Part shown: piece after piece, positions 49,068-59,032 of the stretch | How positions within the stretch are numbered: position 1 is the stretch's first letter | How the letters are laid out: the number at the start of each line of letters is the position of its first letter | Virus record (IMG/VR): IMGVR_UViG_2706795545_000001 | Source of the DNA: a virus | Length of the DNA: 64,000 bases | Direction: 5' to 3' (one strand) | Made by a program: the position numbers and the translations under genes | Notes under the pieces: generated by a model | The model's input: only the letters and a program-made list of their open reading frames with translations | Databases searched by the model: none | Told to the model about the DNA's origin: nothing

Positions 49068-49991
49068 GTGACACCCACTCCAATTAATAACTCGAATAAA
49101 AGAGATAATAAGCCTTTTGGTGATGCAGAAAAGTTAGCAAGAATTGTAGACCAGGCTATAATGCAGGCAAAGTTGCAAAGAATATACGACGTCGTTAAAG
49201 ACTATCAAGTTAACGATACTACTTCTATTATTACTGATGACGACCGTGTTGGTGATAATGAGGAGAAAGTAGAAGATGAAGAGGAGGTATTAAGCAAAAG
49301 CAAACAACTGGATATCAATGACTTTAACGTTACATTTAGAGTTCCCAAAAATCTAAGGCTGTACGACCAGGCTAAGTTCACCATATCAATGCTGAAGAGT
49401 TTCATTGAGGATCTAGGAGTTAAAGTGAAATATATTGTAAGCGATAAAAGGAAACTGTGTGCAATAGAGATAGATCTAGGTCAGAAAATGCACACATCTC
49501 ATGAGCGTTACGTCCTCTCGTTTATCGTAAACGAACAAACTTCAAAGAACATTGTTCCTTCTGAGGTAAAGAAAAGGTTTGAGAATGAGTGGAAGTACCT
49601 AATGAGGCAGTTGAAGATAACTGGATTTGATTCAATGACCTACGTCTTTGTAGCTAAGAGGAAGTTCACTTACGGTGCTTACAAACTTGTTGAGAAGATG
49701 AATAAGGGTGTAGGGAATATAATATACTCTACAGACATCGTGTCTGCAATAACCAGGTTCTTCACTAACAATAAATTCCTCGCAATAAGGCTGTACAACT
49801 ACCTATACAAGATAAAAGGCAACCTGACTGCAAATAACATAATGAAAATAACTGGGCTGATATCGATTATCAACGCAATTTATCGCCTGCTCACTGGTAA
49901 AGTCGTCGTAGATAAATTAATACTAAAGACGTTAAAGACGCCTGATGACGTAATCAAGGTGTTGGACAAATTCTTTAGAAAGAAAAAGTAG
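49068..49991 (+). CDS. hypothetical protein
   Basis: 307 aa with GGAGGTGG RBS. Confidence 0.7.
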   Translation: MTPTPINNSNKRDNKPFGDAEKLARIVDQAIMQAKLQRIYDVVKDYQVNDTTSIITDDDRVGDNEEKVEDEEEVLSKSKQLDINDFNVTFRVPKNLRLYDQAKFTISMLKSFIEDLGVKVKYIVSDKRKLCAIEIDLGQKMHTSHERYVLSFIVNEQTSKNIVPSEVKKRFENEWKYLMRQLKITGFDSMTYVFVAKRKFTYGAYKLVEKMNKGVGNIIYSTDIVSAITRFFTNNKFLAIRLYNYLYKIKGNLTANNIMKITGLISIINAIYRLLTGKVVVDKLILKTLKTPDDVIKVLDKFFRKKK

Positions 49992-50020
49992 TTCTAAACT
50001 GCAAACACACCTGTGATTTC

Positions 50021-50550
50021 ACTCCCTCTCTTTTCTTAGCATATCTTATTAAATAATTTTTCTCAGATTTTGGATAATATTTCTTTAAAGTGTTAAAGTG
50101 TTAGCAATAGAAGGTTATATTCAACTGTTTATGGTGAAAATGTATTAACTTAGTGATTTTTTTAGATTATGTTGAAAATGTATATGAAATGAATGAGGGT
50201 TGACTTTCAGTATATGAAATTTCACTTTATCTATATGTTCTGTTTAAATCTGTTTGTAACTTGTTCTAAAGCAGTTAATGTATAAAAACTGTATAACTGA
50301 AAGTGAATTGAAAGGTTGATTTTTTCACTGTAAATAAAAAATCTGTTGTGAATTGAAAGAATATGAAACGATTTACATGTTAAATTGAAAGTGTATGAGG
50401 GTATATGAAACAAATTAATGTGTAATTGAAAGTTGCTATTATACTATATTTAATAGTAGTGAATAACTATATTATACATACTCACAGTGAAGTGAAGAAG
50501 CACTACTTTTGTTCCGTTCACTACTTTATTTGCCCTTTACTTTTTCTTTT
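50021..50550. other. AT-rich non-coding region with short direct repeats; candidate replication origin
   Basis: ATTGAAAG at 50307, 50352, 50384, 50425. (T)ATATGAAA four times. Flanked by palindromes at 50001 and 50554. Confidence 0.35.
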
Positions 50551-50711
50551 CCTGCGAACACAGCTGTGATAACAAACGACAACCCCGTTAGAATAGCTCT
50601 CCGTACAAAACCCTTAAATACTCCTACCAGGAGATTCTCACATGCCTCATTTGTTTAACCAAGACCAGTACACAGCACTGAAATCACAGCTGTGTTCTCA
50701 CGTGGAGGTGG

Positions 50712-51065
50712 TTGTTGACGATTAAGTGCTTTGATAACGGGAACGAAATAGTTTGCATAGACGACGAGTCCCAACGCCTTATTAACCTTACAAAGAAATC
50801 TACTAAGTTCTTATTGCCTGAAGAAATTGACAAGTTAATAAAACAGCTTCTTGATAATGAGATCGAAGTAAATGAAGTAGAGTCTCATAGGTACGAGCCG
50901 AGGACTTACTATACTATATACAAAGTACGTGGTAAAAAGCCCTTGTACTTTATGGAAGTTTATGATGGCTCTAGTGCTTCATATAGATATTACTTCTGCA
51001 GGTCTAAGAATCAGTGCTTGAAAATAATGGAGGATCTTGAAGAGGATAATGTGATGCTATATTGA
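50712..51065 (+). CDS. small acidic hypothetical protein
   Basis: 117 aa, TTG start after GGAGGTGG, bracketed by palindromes at 50680 and 51079. Confidence 0.65.
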   Translation: MLTIKCFDNGNEIVCIDDESQRLINLTKKSTKFLLPEEIDKLIKQLLDNEIEVNEVESHRYEPRTYYTIYKVRGKKPLYFMEVYDGSSASYRYYFCRSKNQCLKIMEDLEEDNVMLY

Positions 51066-51428
51066 CAGTTTGCAGTTGTTTATCACAGCTGTGTTTGCAG
51101 ACAGAAAGAGCAACACATTTCAGAGCAGGTAAGGTCGAATTTCTAAACCAGTATCTATTTTTATAGTTGTTCCTAATTAGTTAAGATATGCAGATCTTAG
51201 CAATAATCCTCGTGCTCTTTCTTATATTTTTAGCAGTATTAGTAGGTCTTCTCCCATATTTTTACGCTAAAACAGAGATGGGTAGAAAGAAAAATAAGGA
51301 TGAAGAGGAGAAGAAGCTCTACAATTAGCGAAAACTGGGCTGAATCCTTTTTCACGTTAATAGTTTTCACGTTAATAGAAATCTTTTTTGACTTCAAATA
51401 GGTTTTAAACAAAGGAGAGTGGAGGAAA

Positions 51429-51947
51429 ATGATGTTGATTTTGGATCTAGACGGTACACTTTTCGATACTTCTGCCAGGTGGAACGAATGTGAGAAGATA
51501 TCTAACAAAAACAAACGCCTGTTTTGGGCACCAGACCGTGTGTTTTGGGAATGTTATCAATCACCGAGGTTCATGAACCTGGACGAACCTAAGTGGGAAG
51601 TTATCAGGTTTGTTAAACGGTTAATTGAGGAGAAAAAGCCAGAAGTGATAGCAGTAGTCAGCGGTCGTTCAGAAAAACAACGCGAAGCCACTCTCAAACA
51701 GCTCTCGGAGATAGGGATAGAGCCGAACGAGGTCGTGCTGAGGGGCGAGAAGGACTTCAGGAAAGATTATGAGTTTAAGAAATTCGCCATAAAGGAGTTA
51801 ATGGAAAAATATGACCAGGATAAGGTCATAGTGATAGATGATAGTGACGCAGTGCTAGAACACCTGGAAGAAGAAGGGCTGATAGAAATAATCGATGCAA
51901 AAACGATAAAGAAAAGAGAGAAAAAGGAGAACATGAATACCCCTTAA
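51429..51947 (+). CDS. HAD-family phosphatase, polynucleotide kinase 3'-phosphatase-like
   Basis: ILDLDGTL (motif I), VSGR (II), LRGEKDFRKDYEFK (III), IDDS (IV). Confidence 0.85.
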   Translation: MMLILDLDGTLFDTSARWNECEKISNKNKRLFWAPDRVFWECYQSPRFMNLDEPKWEVIRFVKRLIEEKKPEVIAVVSGRSEKQREATLKQLSEIGIEPNEVVLRGEKDFRKDYEFKKFAIKELMEKYDQDKVIVIDDSDAVLEHLEEEGLIEIIDAKTIKKREKKENMNTP

Positions 51948-52095
51948 GGAGAGAAAAATTAAGAAGAAGAGATTTTACAAAAATAGGAGTTAAGTGAGCG
52001 AAAAGCCTCGCAGACGAGAGGGAGTCAGCAATGTAGGTTAGAATAGCTCCTCGCACAAAATCCTTTTAAAAACACTACTCTACATATGTTTGAAT

Positions 52096-52716
52096 ATGGA
52101 ACCAGATAAAATAGCTAAAATCGTATTTGATTGAGTATTGGATTATTGCAGAAATAACCATGACGCAATGTTAGAATGCGTAGTAAGCCATAGCCCAGAC
52201 CTATTATCAGTGTTCATAAATTCGTATCTTAAAAACAAAAAGGCGATAGAAAATTCCGACCAAAAGTTCTGGGAATCAGTCAAAAAAGAGTACGAGAAGT
52301 TGTGGAAAAAATGGATGAGAGAAGAAGTCGCCTATTATCTAGGCGATATTTTGGTACCAGTAGATATAATACAAAATAATGAGCTTAACAACGCCTGTAA
52401 AGTTGGATATCTAAAAGCTTACGAAGAGGTATTAAATGAGTTCGCCGATAGGATCAAGAGTGCATTGCAAGAAGGGGTGCCATTATGCGGGGAATATTTA
52501 TATGACTGGTACATGAAGATGGCTGATGTTGTCCCAATCAAAAGACCTGAATATAATGAGCAAGTGTCATATTTTCTGGACTTTTACAATATGTTTGATG
52601 ACAGTGAGAAATTAGAGGTATTAAGCATTTTGCTAGATGAGATAGATAGTGCATTGTATGAGATAGAAGAAGAGTATGAGCGTAATTTAGAAGCCTTAAT
52701 AAATAATAATAGTTAA
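52096..52716 (+). pseudogene. acidic protein gene interrupted by an in-frame TGA at codon 13
   Basis: Promoter then ATG 52096 MEPDKIAKIVFD*VLDYCRNN, in frame with track ORF 52138..52716. Confidence 0.55.
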
Positions 52717-52817
52717 ACTTTTTTAAAAAAATAATAGTATTTATTATAAACAGATACAAAAAGGAGAAACCAACCCCAAAGCAGAATCCTTTTAAGTATT
52801 AGAACGTTTGTTTTTGC

Positions 52818-52937
52818 ATGGAACGTATAGAAGTAGAAATCGATAATCCTGAAATTTTAGAAGTATTTAAAGGTAGTTACGCATTAGACTTGGATTCTGA
52901 TTATACATTTCCTTTAATTTTTCTAAAGCTTCTCTAA
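52818..52937 (+). pseudogene. truncated duplicate of the nucleotidyltransferase promoter and 5' end
   Basis: 52783-52862 is near-identical to 53428-53507. MERIEVEIDNPEILE vs MERIEVEINNPEILE. Confidence 0.7.
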
Positions 52938-53253
52938 ACGGATTATTACATTCACCTTCTTCTTCGTCACAGCCATATTTTTCTATCATTCTGTCCCAGT
53001 TCCTTTCTGCATCTTCAAGTGCATCATCGGCAGTATCACCTACACCCCACACACGTTCATTAGCCCCGTCATCGAATGTCGCGATATAGAAATCGCCGAA
53101 TAGTAAGTTGTCGTCATTATTCTCTATTTTGTACACAACAACAGCACTAGGAACATTATTAAACCCATAACTTTCCTCAGTGTCAAACCAGAGTACTTCT
53201 TTTACGGTTACTTTCCCAGTTTGACCTTTCCCAGTTAAGTCTTCTACTTTCAT
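52867..53253 (-). CDS. small acidic hypothetical protein
   Basis: Likely start MKVEDL at 53253 after AGGGGTTAGG. Confidence 0.65.
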   Translation of the reverse strand: MKVEDLTGKGQTGKVTVKEVLWFDTEESYGFNNVPSAVVVYKIENNDDNLLFGDFYIATFDDGANERVWGVGDTADDALEDAERNWDRMIEKYGCDEEEGECNNPFREALEKLKEMYNQNPSLMRNYL

Positions 53254-53462
53254 TCCTAACCCCTGAGTATACCTCTTAACAAGCAAATATTTAAATACAT
53301 ATGTTTGAGCTTTTGTTAAGTATTCTGCTGACTTCCTCCCTGCTGGCTTTTTCTTTGCCTTGGAATGGTGAAGCTTTCCACTCTTTACACAAAATCCTTA
53401 AATTGAAGTCTGGAAAAGTGCGGAAACAGAATCCTTTTATATACTGAAACGTTTGTTTTCGC

Positions 53463-54815
53463 ATGGAACGTATAGAGGTAGAAATCAATAATCCTGAAAT
53501 TTTAGAATATATTAAAAAATTAGGCACAAATAACGTATATCTTGTCGGCGGTACTGTTAGGGACATCCTGACTGGCAAGAAGCCCAAAGACTTAGATTTT
53601 GTTGTTACAGATTTTGATAAAGCGTTAAAGTTAGCAGAAGAGATGAACTTACCTATTCATGAGGACGGTATACGCTTCGGAGTCCTTAGAATAGGAGATA
53701 AATATGATTTTGCTTCATTGAGGAAGGAGAGATACGACACTGTTAGTAAGCCTACCGTTGAGCTCGGTGCTTCTTTGGAAGAAGATGCGAGGAGGAGGGA
53801 TTTTACAATTAATGACCTCTACGGCAAGATAGTAGGTATTCATGGAAATAAATTGGTAATGGAGATACTTGATTTTAATAACGGTTTGGAGGATCTGCGT
53901 AATCATACGTTAAGGTTCGTAGGAAACCCGCAGGAGAGAATAGACGAGGATCCGCTTAGGATACTGAGGGGAATAAGGTTTATCCTTTACGGCTATAAAA
54001 TGTCACCAGACCAACTGGAAATTATGAAGAAGAACATTAGTAAGCTGGATAAATTACCTATAGAGAGAATAAGGGATGAGATACTAAAAATACTAAAGGT
54101 TAACCCTGCGGAGGGGTTTAAACTACTCGACGAGTTCGGTCTGTTAAAATATCTCTATGGAGAACATTACGAGGCATTAAAGAATACCTATCACGATAAT
54201 AGGGGAGCACACCACGGTGAGGATGTTATAGAGCACACATATGAGGCGTTAAAGAGGCTTAGAAACCCAGATATTGAAACGATATTAGCAGTAATTTACC
54301 ACGATGTAGGCAAACCTTATACTAGGAGCGAAAAAAACGGGAAGATAATGTTCATAGGTCACGCTAAAAAGAGTGCGGAAATTGCGAAGGAATTAATGAA
54401 GAGACTAAAGTTACCTAACAACATAATAAAGGACGTTACTAACTTAATAGAAATGCACATGGACTTCAATCTAGCACAGAATAACGAGAAGAACCAGGCA
54501 CAATTAATTACCAAGTTAATGTCACTGTATTATTGGAACCCTGAGAAAGTAAGAGAGATATATAATAAACTAGTAGAGCTATCTCACGCTGATACTGGAA
54601 GTGAGAATATACTTAACATGTCCAACAGAATAACAGAACCGATTATAACTGGAGAAGAAATAGCAAATACTTTTGGTGTGAGCGGAAACATATTGAAGCA
54701 TTTGAAGGAGAGAGCATATACTCTACAACTGCTAGGATATGATAAAGACGAGATAATGAAGATGTTGAAAGGTGACCACAAGTTGTATGAGTTTAAGAAG
54801 CTTTTAGAAAATTGA
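53463..54815 (+). CDS. class II tRNA nucleotidyltransferase (CCA-adding/poly(A) polymerase family) with HD domain
   Basis: VGGTVRD..PKDLDF, EDARRRDFTIN, EDPLRILRGIRF, HH.EDV..HT, YHDVGK. Confidence 0.9.
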   Translation: MERIEVEINNPEILEYIKKLGTNNVYLVGGTVRDILTGKKPKDLDFVVTDFDKALKLAEEMNLPIHEDGIRFGVLRIGDKYDFASLRKERYDTVSKPTVELGASLEEDARRRDFTINDLYGKIVGIHGNKLVMEILDFNNGLEDLRNHTLRFVGNPQERIDEDPLRILRGIRFILYGYKMSPDQLEIMKKNISKLDKLPIERIRDEILKILKVNPAEGFKLLDEFGLLKYLYGEHYEALKNTYHDNRGAHHGEDVIEHTYEALKRLRNPDIETILAVIYHDVGKPYTRSEKNGKIMFIGHAKKSAEIAKELMKRLKLPNNIIKDVTNLIEMHMDFNLAQNNEKNQAQLITKLMSLYYWNPEKVREIYNKLVELSHADTGSENILNMSNRITEPIITGEEIANTFGVSGNILKHLKERAYTLQLLGYDKDEIMKMLKGDHKLYEFKKLLEN

Positions 54816-54834
54816 AGCGAAAGAGCCTGTAAAG

Positions 54835-55098
54835 TCAAATTTCGCTTCTTAGAACTCTCACAAAAGGCTTTAGTTGTATTGCACCGAATTCCTCCATTTT
54901 TTTAAGCAACTTATAGCTGTCAATTGCCTCTAGCCCAGTTAATATTCTTACTGCGTTTATCAACTCTGTCCAGTCAATGTCCACTATTCCAGTCCTTGGG
55001 TCTGCTATACTGTTTAGTGTCCTCAACACTCTGTTGGCAAAGTTCCTCTCATTTTCTGTCATAGTTGCAATGTAATACCTTCTAATTGGAGTTTCCAT
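54835..55098 (-). CDS. small protein, possibly winged helix
   Basis: 87 aa with a TATA-like box 21 nt upstream. Confidence 0.55.
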   Translation of the reverse strand: METPIRRYYIATMTENERNFANRVLRTLNSIADPRTGIVDIDWTELINAVRILTGLEAIDSYKLLKKMEEFGAIQLKPFVRVLRSEI

Positions 55099-55278
55099 AT
55101 GTTTAGCTTTAATTTTGTGATTAAAAAATATTTCTTCATTTCATTAAATTTTAGACCGTATTATTTGAAAACACAACTGTGTTTTCAGGAAGTTTGTTTA
55201 ACTTTCTAGACGTAAAGCCTCACAGTTTTCGATAAACCATGAAGTTTATATACTTTAAGAGATTTAGTAGAGATAAGC

Positions 55279-55446
55279 ATGGACGTAGGGATATTATTCT
55301 TAATAGCAATAGCGTTGTCTGTATTTGAAATAATTTTAGGTATCTTAATCCATATTACAACTAAAGAAGATGCAGATTTTATTGCAATACTTGCAGGTGT
55401 TTTAGGGCTAATATGGATATTTCTAATATCTGCACAAATTATCTAG
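55279..55446 (+). CDS. 55-aa two-TM protein (not in ORF track)
   Basis: MDVGILFLIAIALSVFEIILGILIH...AILAGVLGLIWIFLISAQII*. Confidence 0.55.
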   Translation: MDVGILFLIAIALSVFEIILGILIHITTKEDADFIAILAGVLGLIWIFLISAQII

Positions 55447-55493
55447 CAAAAATTTGTTCTACTTTCTGACGAAATAAAAAAAACGAATTAACT

Positions 55494-55664
55494 TTAGACC
55501 TTCATGACGAAACGCCTATCGACGAATTCTTTCACGGCTAATCTGTATACGTCGCTAATCGCGATATGGTTCTTTTCCGCTAAGTCCTTTATCTGCTCAT
55601 GCCATTCGCGTGGCACGTAGAACGATATCTTAACGCCGTCCGTGATTTTGTTCATTTTTCTCAT
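55494..55664 (-). CDS. 56-aa CopG-like ribbon-helix-helix protein (not in ORF track)
   Basis: VKISFYVPREWHEQIKDLAEKNHIAISDVYRLAVKEFV. Confidence 0.8.
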   Translation of the reverse strand: MRKMNKITDGVKISFYVPREWHEQIKDLAEKNHIAISDVYRLAVKEFVDRRFVMKV

Positions 55665-55917
55665 ATCTAATTTCGCCTCACGCCTTTTTTAATACATGCC
55701 GTCGGATTCCCGACTATATCGTCGGGATTCCCGACGACAAAGAACGTATTTTTAACGCTTTGCATTTTTCTCATCCTTCGCGTCAATTATTGTCGATACG
55801 TCAATTTTACGACTTCTCATCTTTTTAAGCAATGCCTTCGTAATCGTTGTTAAGTGGGATATCTATAATCCGCATTGGGGCGGAAGCGGAACTTCATGAA
55901 GATTTATAATTCCGATT

Positions 55918-56505
55918 TTGAACGTAAATATGGGGAAAAGCGGAATGGAAAATAAGGGAGATTTAAGTCAAACTCCTAAAAACCAAATTCAATTTTTTTG
56001 GGATTTACTTAATTTTAATAAAGATAAACTAAAGGATCTCGAACCACAGCGTCTTTTTGATAGTCTATATAATCACCTTACTCGTCTTGCTGAGATTTTG
56101 AAAGGAGATAGTTACAGAGATAGTTACAAAAGGAAAATATTCGTTTACCAAATGTTAAAATCTGTAATGTCTTCCTTATGTTATATAGCTCCTCTTCCAA
56201 TTATAATATATTCTTCAAATACAAAATTTTATGAATTCGGTGTAATAAGAAGAAATGAAATACCAGTAGCTGTAGTTTTAGAATATGATGTTGAAGATAA
56301 TAATGCTAAACCTTCTTCTATATATGAGATAAACGAATGCAACGAACCCGTAGACCCTGACAATGTTGGAAATGTAAGGATGGGGACTGGGTTTGATTAC
56401 GCTGATGTGCTAAATTTAGAGATACCTGGAGTATATAAGAAAATTAGAATTGAGTTTGGTGACGATGATAAAATAGAAATAAAGAAAATTGAAGAAGAGG
56501 AATGA
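55918..56505 (+). CDS. hypothetical protein
   Basis: 195-aa ORF. Start uncertain. Confidence 0.6.
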   Translation: MNVNMGKSGMENKGDLSQTPKNQIQFFWDLLNFNKDKLKDLEPQRLFDSLYNHLTRLAEILKGDSYRDSYKRKIFVYQMLKSVMSSLCYIAPLPIIIYSSNTKFYEFGVIRRNEIPVAVVLEYDVEDNNAKPSSIYEINECNEPVDPDNVGNVRMGTGFDYADVLNLEIPGVYKKIRIEFGDDDKIEIKKIEEEE

Positions 56506-56516
56506 GGTGACTTGAC

Positions 56517-57299
56517 ATGGATCTGCTAGCAGTAAAGGAAGAGGCTAAGAAGATCTTACTCGGGTTCAAGGAAATCTATGTCATGTTCAGCGGTGGCAGA
56601 GACTCGTTAGTAGCACTGCACTTAACGCACTCCATTTATCCCGAAAAGACAAAGGCATTATTCATTAACACGGGTATCGCTACACCGGGGCTGTTGGATT
56701 ACGTAGAGGGAGTGACTAAAGAGTTGGGTATTGAGCTTACCATTATAGGATCTAAATACAACTATTTTGAGTTGGTGAATAAGATAGGTTTCCCTACACT
56801 AACAAAGAGGTGGTGTAAACGTTACCTCAAATTAGAGCCTCTACAAGATTTCGTTAAAGACAAAAAGGACATAATATTGATAACCGGAGTGAGGAAGAGT
56901 GAATCATGGATGAAGAGTAGGGCAAGTAAACTCTACTATAATGAAAAAATTGGGGCATTAAGTTATGCGATCGTTTATGATTTTACTGAGCAGGACGTAG
57001 AGGAGTACATAAAGGCTAACGGTCTAAAGAAGAATTACCTTTATGACATTTACGGAAAAGCTTACGACTGTTGGTGCTCTGCTTACAAGACACCGGCAGA
57101 CTTTGCAGTACTAGCGTTAAAGAACCCGGAGTTCTTCCAAAAGTTCGTAGAGGCTGAGGCTAAGCTGAGGAAAGGAGGATCGGGGCTATTTTACAACCAC
57201 CAAAGGATATACTTCCGAGATATTCAAAAGGATCCTAAATTGTACCTAGAAAGTTATGAGAGAAATTACAAGTGTCCATTGTGTAGAACCCTAATTTAA
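56517..57299 (+). CDS. PAPS-reductase-family (PP-loop) protein
   Basis: VMFSGGRDS, RWCKRYLK..P, ITGVRKSES..R, C-terminal CWC. Confidence 0.85.
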   Translation: MDLLAVKEEAKKILLGFKEIYVMFSGGRDSLVALHLTHSIYPEKTKALFINTGIATPGLLDYVEGVTKELGIELTIIGSKYNYFELVNKIGFPTLTKRWCKRYLKLEPLQDFVKDKKDIILITGVRKSESWMKSRASKLYYNEKIGALSYAIVYDFTEQDVEEYIKANGLKKNYLYDIYGKAYDCWCSAYKTPADFAVLALKNPEFFQKFVEAEAKLRKGGSGLFYNHQRIYFRDIQKDPKLYLESYERNYKCPLCRTLI

Positions 57300-57332
57300 T
57301 TTTTGTTCTTCTTTCTTTTAGGAGGAGCGAAA

Positions 57333-58061
57333 ATGGACAAGGATGAACTTAAGCAGATAATACAAAACTTACCAGATAACTCACCTAAGCTTCTGGAGTA
57401 CCTTAAAGAAGCTAAGGAGAAGGGATGGAAGGATATCGTTGATATGATAGCTGTAAAACTAGGACTTAAGGAAGAGGGGAAGAAAGAGAAAAGAGAGAAG
57501 ACTGAAATACTCAAGAATATTCTGAAGCCCTTGGGAAAAAAGAAGATAGAACATGCATGGGATTACAGCGTAGATTTTATTGAAGCTAAGAAAGTACTTA
57601 CGTCTGCGTACAAACAGCTGTTTGATATGAATCTAATGCCCTATGAAGCATACGTTGCTATTCTCTTGATACAACTAGTCAACGGTGCTAGGATAGGTGA
57701 GGCAATTAGGGCTTTCAAAACGTTCGTTGAATCAGGGCAAAGAGAATTCCAGCTTCAAGCAGAAAAGCACGGTAATACAAGGTTCTTTGTTATTCCAGAC
57801 ATAATAAGGACGAAGATAACATACAGAACAATGCTTACAATTGATGACACACTGCTAGAAGATAGAATAAGAAAATTCGCACGTAAGTATCTAAAGACTA
57901 ATACACATTCGCTACGTTACGCTTTGATCTCATACTTGGCTAAGAATGCTGTAGACCCTGCGATCATCGCGAAGATAACAGGACACAAAAAGCTCGATAG
58001 AATTATACAGTATACTCAAACTAAAGATGCAATAGATATTTTGCGTAAGCTTTCCGACTGA
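57333..58061 (+). CDS. tyrosine recombinase/integrase (small catalytic type)
   Basis: NGARIGE, HSLRY, GHKKL..IIQY: complete R-H-R-H-Y set. ATG after GGAG RBS. Confidence 0.9.
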   Translation: MDKDELKQIIQNLPDNSPKLLEYLKEAKEKGWKDIVDMIAVKLGLKEEGKKEKREKTEILKNILKPLGKKKIEHAWDYSVDFIEAKKVLTSAYKQLFDMNLMPYEAYVAILLIQLVNGARIGEAIRAFKTFVESGQREFQLQAEKHGNTRFFVIPDIIRTKITYRTMLTIDDTLLEDRIRKFARKYLKTNTHSLRYALISYLAKNAVDPAIIAKITGHKKLDRIIQYTQTKDAIDILRKLSD

Positions 58062-58382
58062 TTAAGGAACCTTATGAAGATGTATTATTTTTCTTTCTTT
58101 ATCAAAAGTTATTATGTAAAATCCCTTTTCAATTATCGCTCTTATTATTACACTGTCCTTTTTTCTTCCTAGCTTCGCTTTATATACGGGTTTCGAGAAC
58201 GATATTGCGTATCCATAATCAGTTTTCATTATATTATAATATGTATAATTTGTTATTTCATCATCTACTACAAAGCTTAAGCCGATACGCTTTCCTTTTG
58301 TTATTCTAATTGCTATCTCACACTCATCTGTTTTGCATTCGTAATGTCTAAAGATCTGTTGCTCTTCTTTCTCTACCATCAT
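58062..58382 (-). CDS. hypothetical protein
   Basis: 106-aa ORF in an operon with the 58545 gene. Confidence 0.6.
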   Translation of the reverse strand: MMVEKEEQQIFRHYECKTDECEIAIRITKGKRIGLSFVVDDEITNYTYYNIMKTDYGYAISFSKPVYKAKLGRKKDSVIIRAIIEKGFYIITFDKERKIIHLHKVP

Positions 58383-58545
58383 TGAACACCACCATCACGT
58401 CGTCAACTAGCGGTATTATTCTCTTTATATCTGCTACGTTTCTCCTCACGTACTTATAATAACCTCCACTAGTTTTTATTTTAAAAACTACCTGGTCACC
58501 ATCTGCTAATACGGTGACCTTTTCAGTTGTTATTAATGTTTCCAT
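58348..58545 (-). CDS. small hypothetical protein
   Basis: 65 aa. Promoter and palindrome upstream. Confidence 0.6.
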   Translation of the reverse strand: METLITTEKVTVLADGDQVVFKIKTSGGYYKYVRRNVADIKRIIPLVDDVMVVFNDGRERRATDL

Positions 58546-59032
58546 AAGTTTTATCCCTGCACTTTTGCTTAAAAATAGAACGCTTGAAAGGACGAAGGTT
58601 TGTCGTTCGTTATCACAGCTGTGATTTCAGAACAAGCTTTAAATGTGGCGTATTCTATTTTCCTGCATGGATAAGCTAAACTCTATAAGGGAACTCCTAA
58701 GGGATTTAAGAGATCTCACATTAGCTTCGTTTTATATTTTACTTTTAACGTTTTTGCTTTTAGTGAGCACGAGCAGTTTTGCTTTTAGAAATGCATATAT
58801 TAAACGCCTTAATAAATGCAATGGCGATTATAATTGTATTCAAAAAGCATTTGAGTGGTGTGCAACTGAAAGTGAGTGGAAAGCTGACCCTGCCCGTGTT
58901 TATAACGATATTTGTTTGCATTATTACAAAAAATTACAAAGAAAGTAGATTAAGGAGCGTAAAGCCTCGCCAGGGGTTGGATAGCCCCTTAACTGCCAAT
59001 ATCTTTTTAAGCACTCAATCACCCGTATTCGT

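Noticed and set aside
50296-50432. ATTGAAAG words as a degenerate CRISPR array
   Set aside because: Spacing is irregular (45, 32, 41 nt) and the bases upstream of the octamer are not conserved.
52768-52792. Apparent self-target of TIGR unit 24 (AACCAACCC-7 nt-GAATCCTTT)
   Set aside because: It needs a 7-nt gap, the opposite half order and a mismatch. Separate 9-mer hits are expected by chance in 64 kb. The same applies to the unit 17 spacer A match at positions 18-26.
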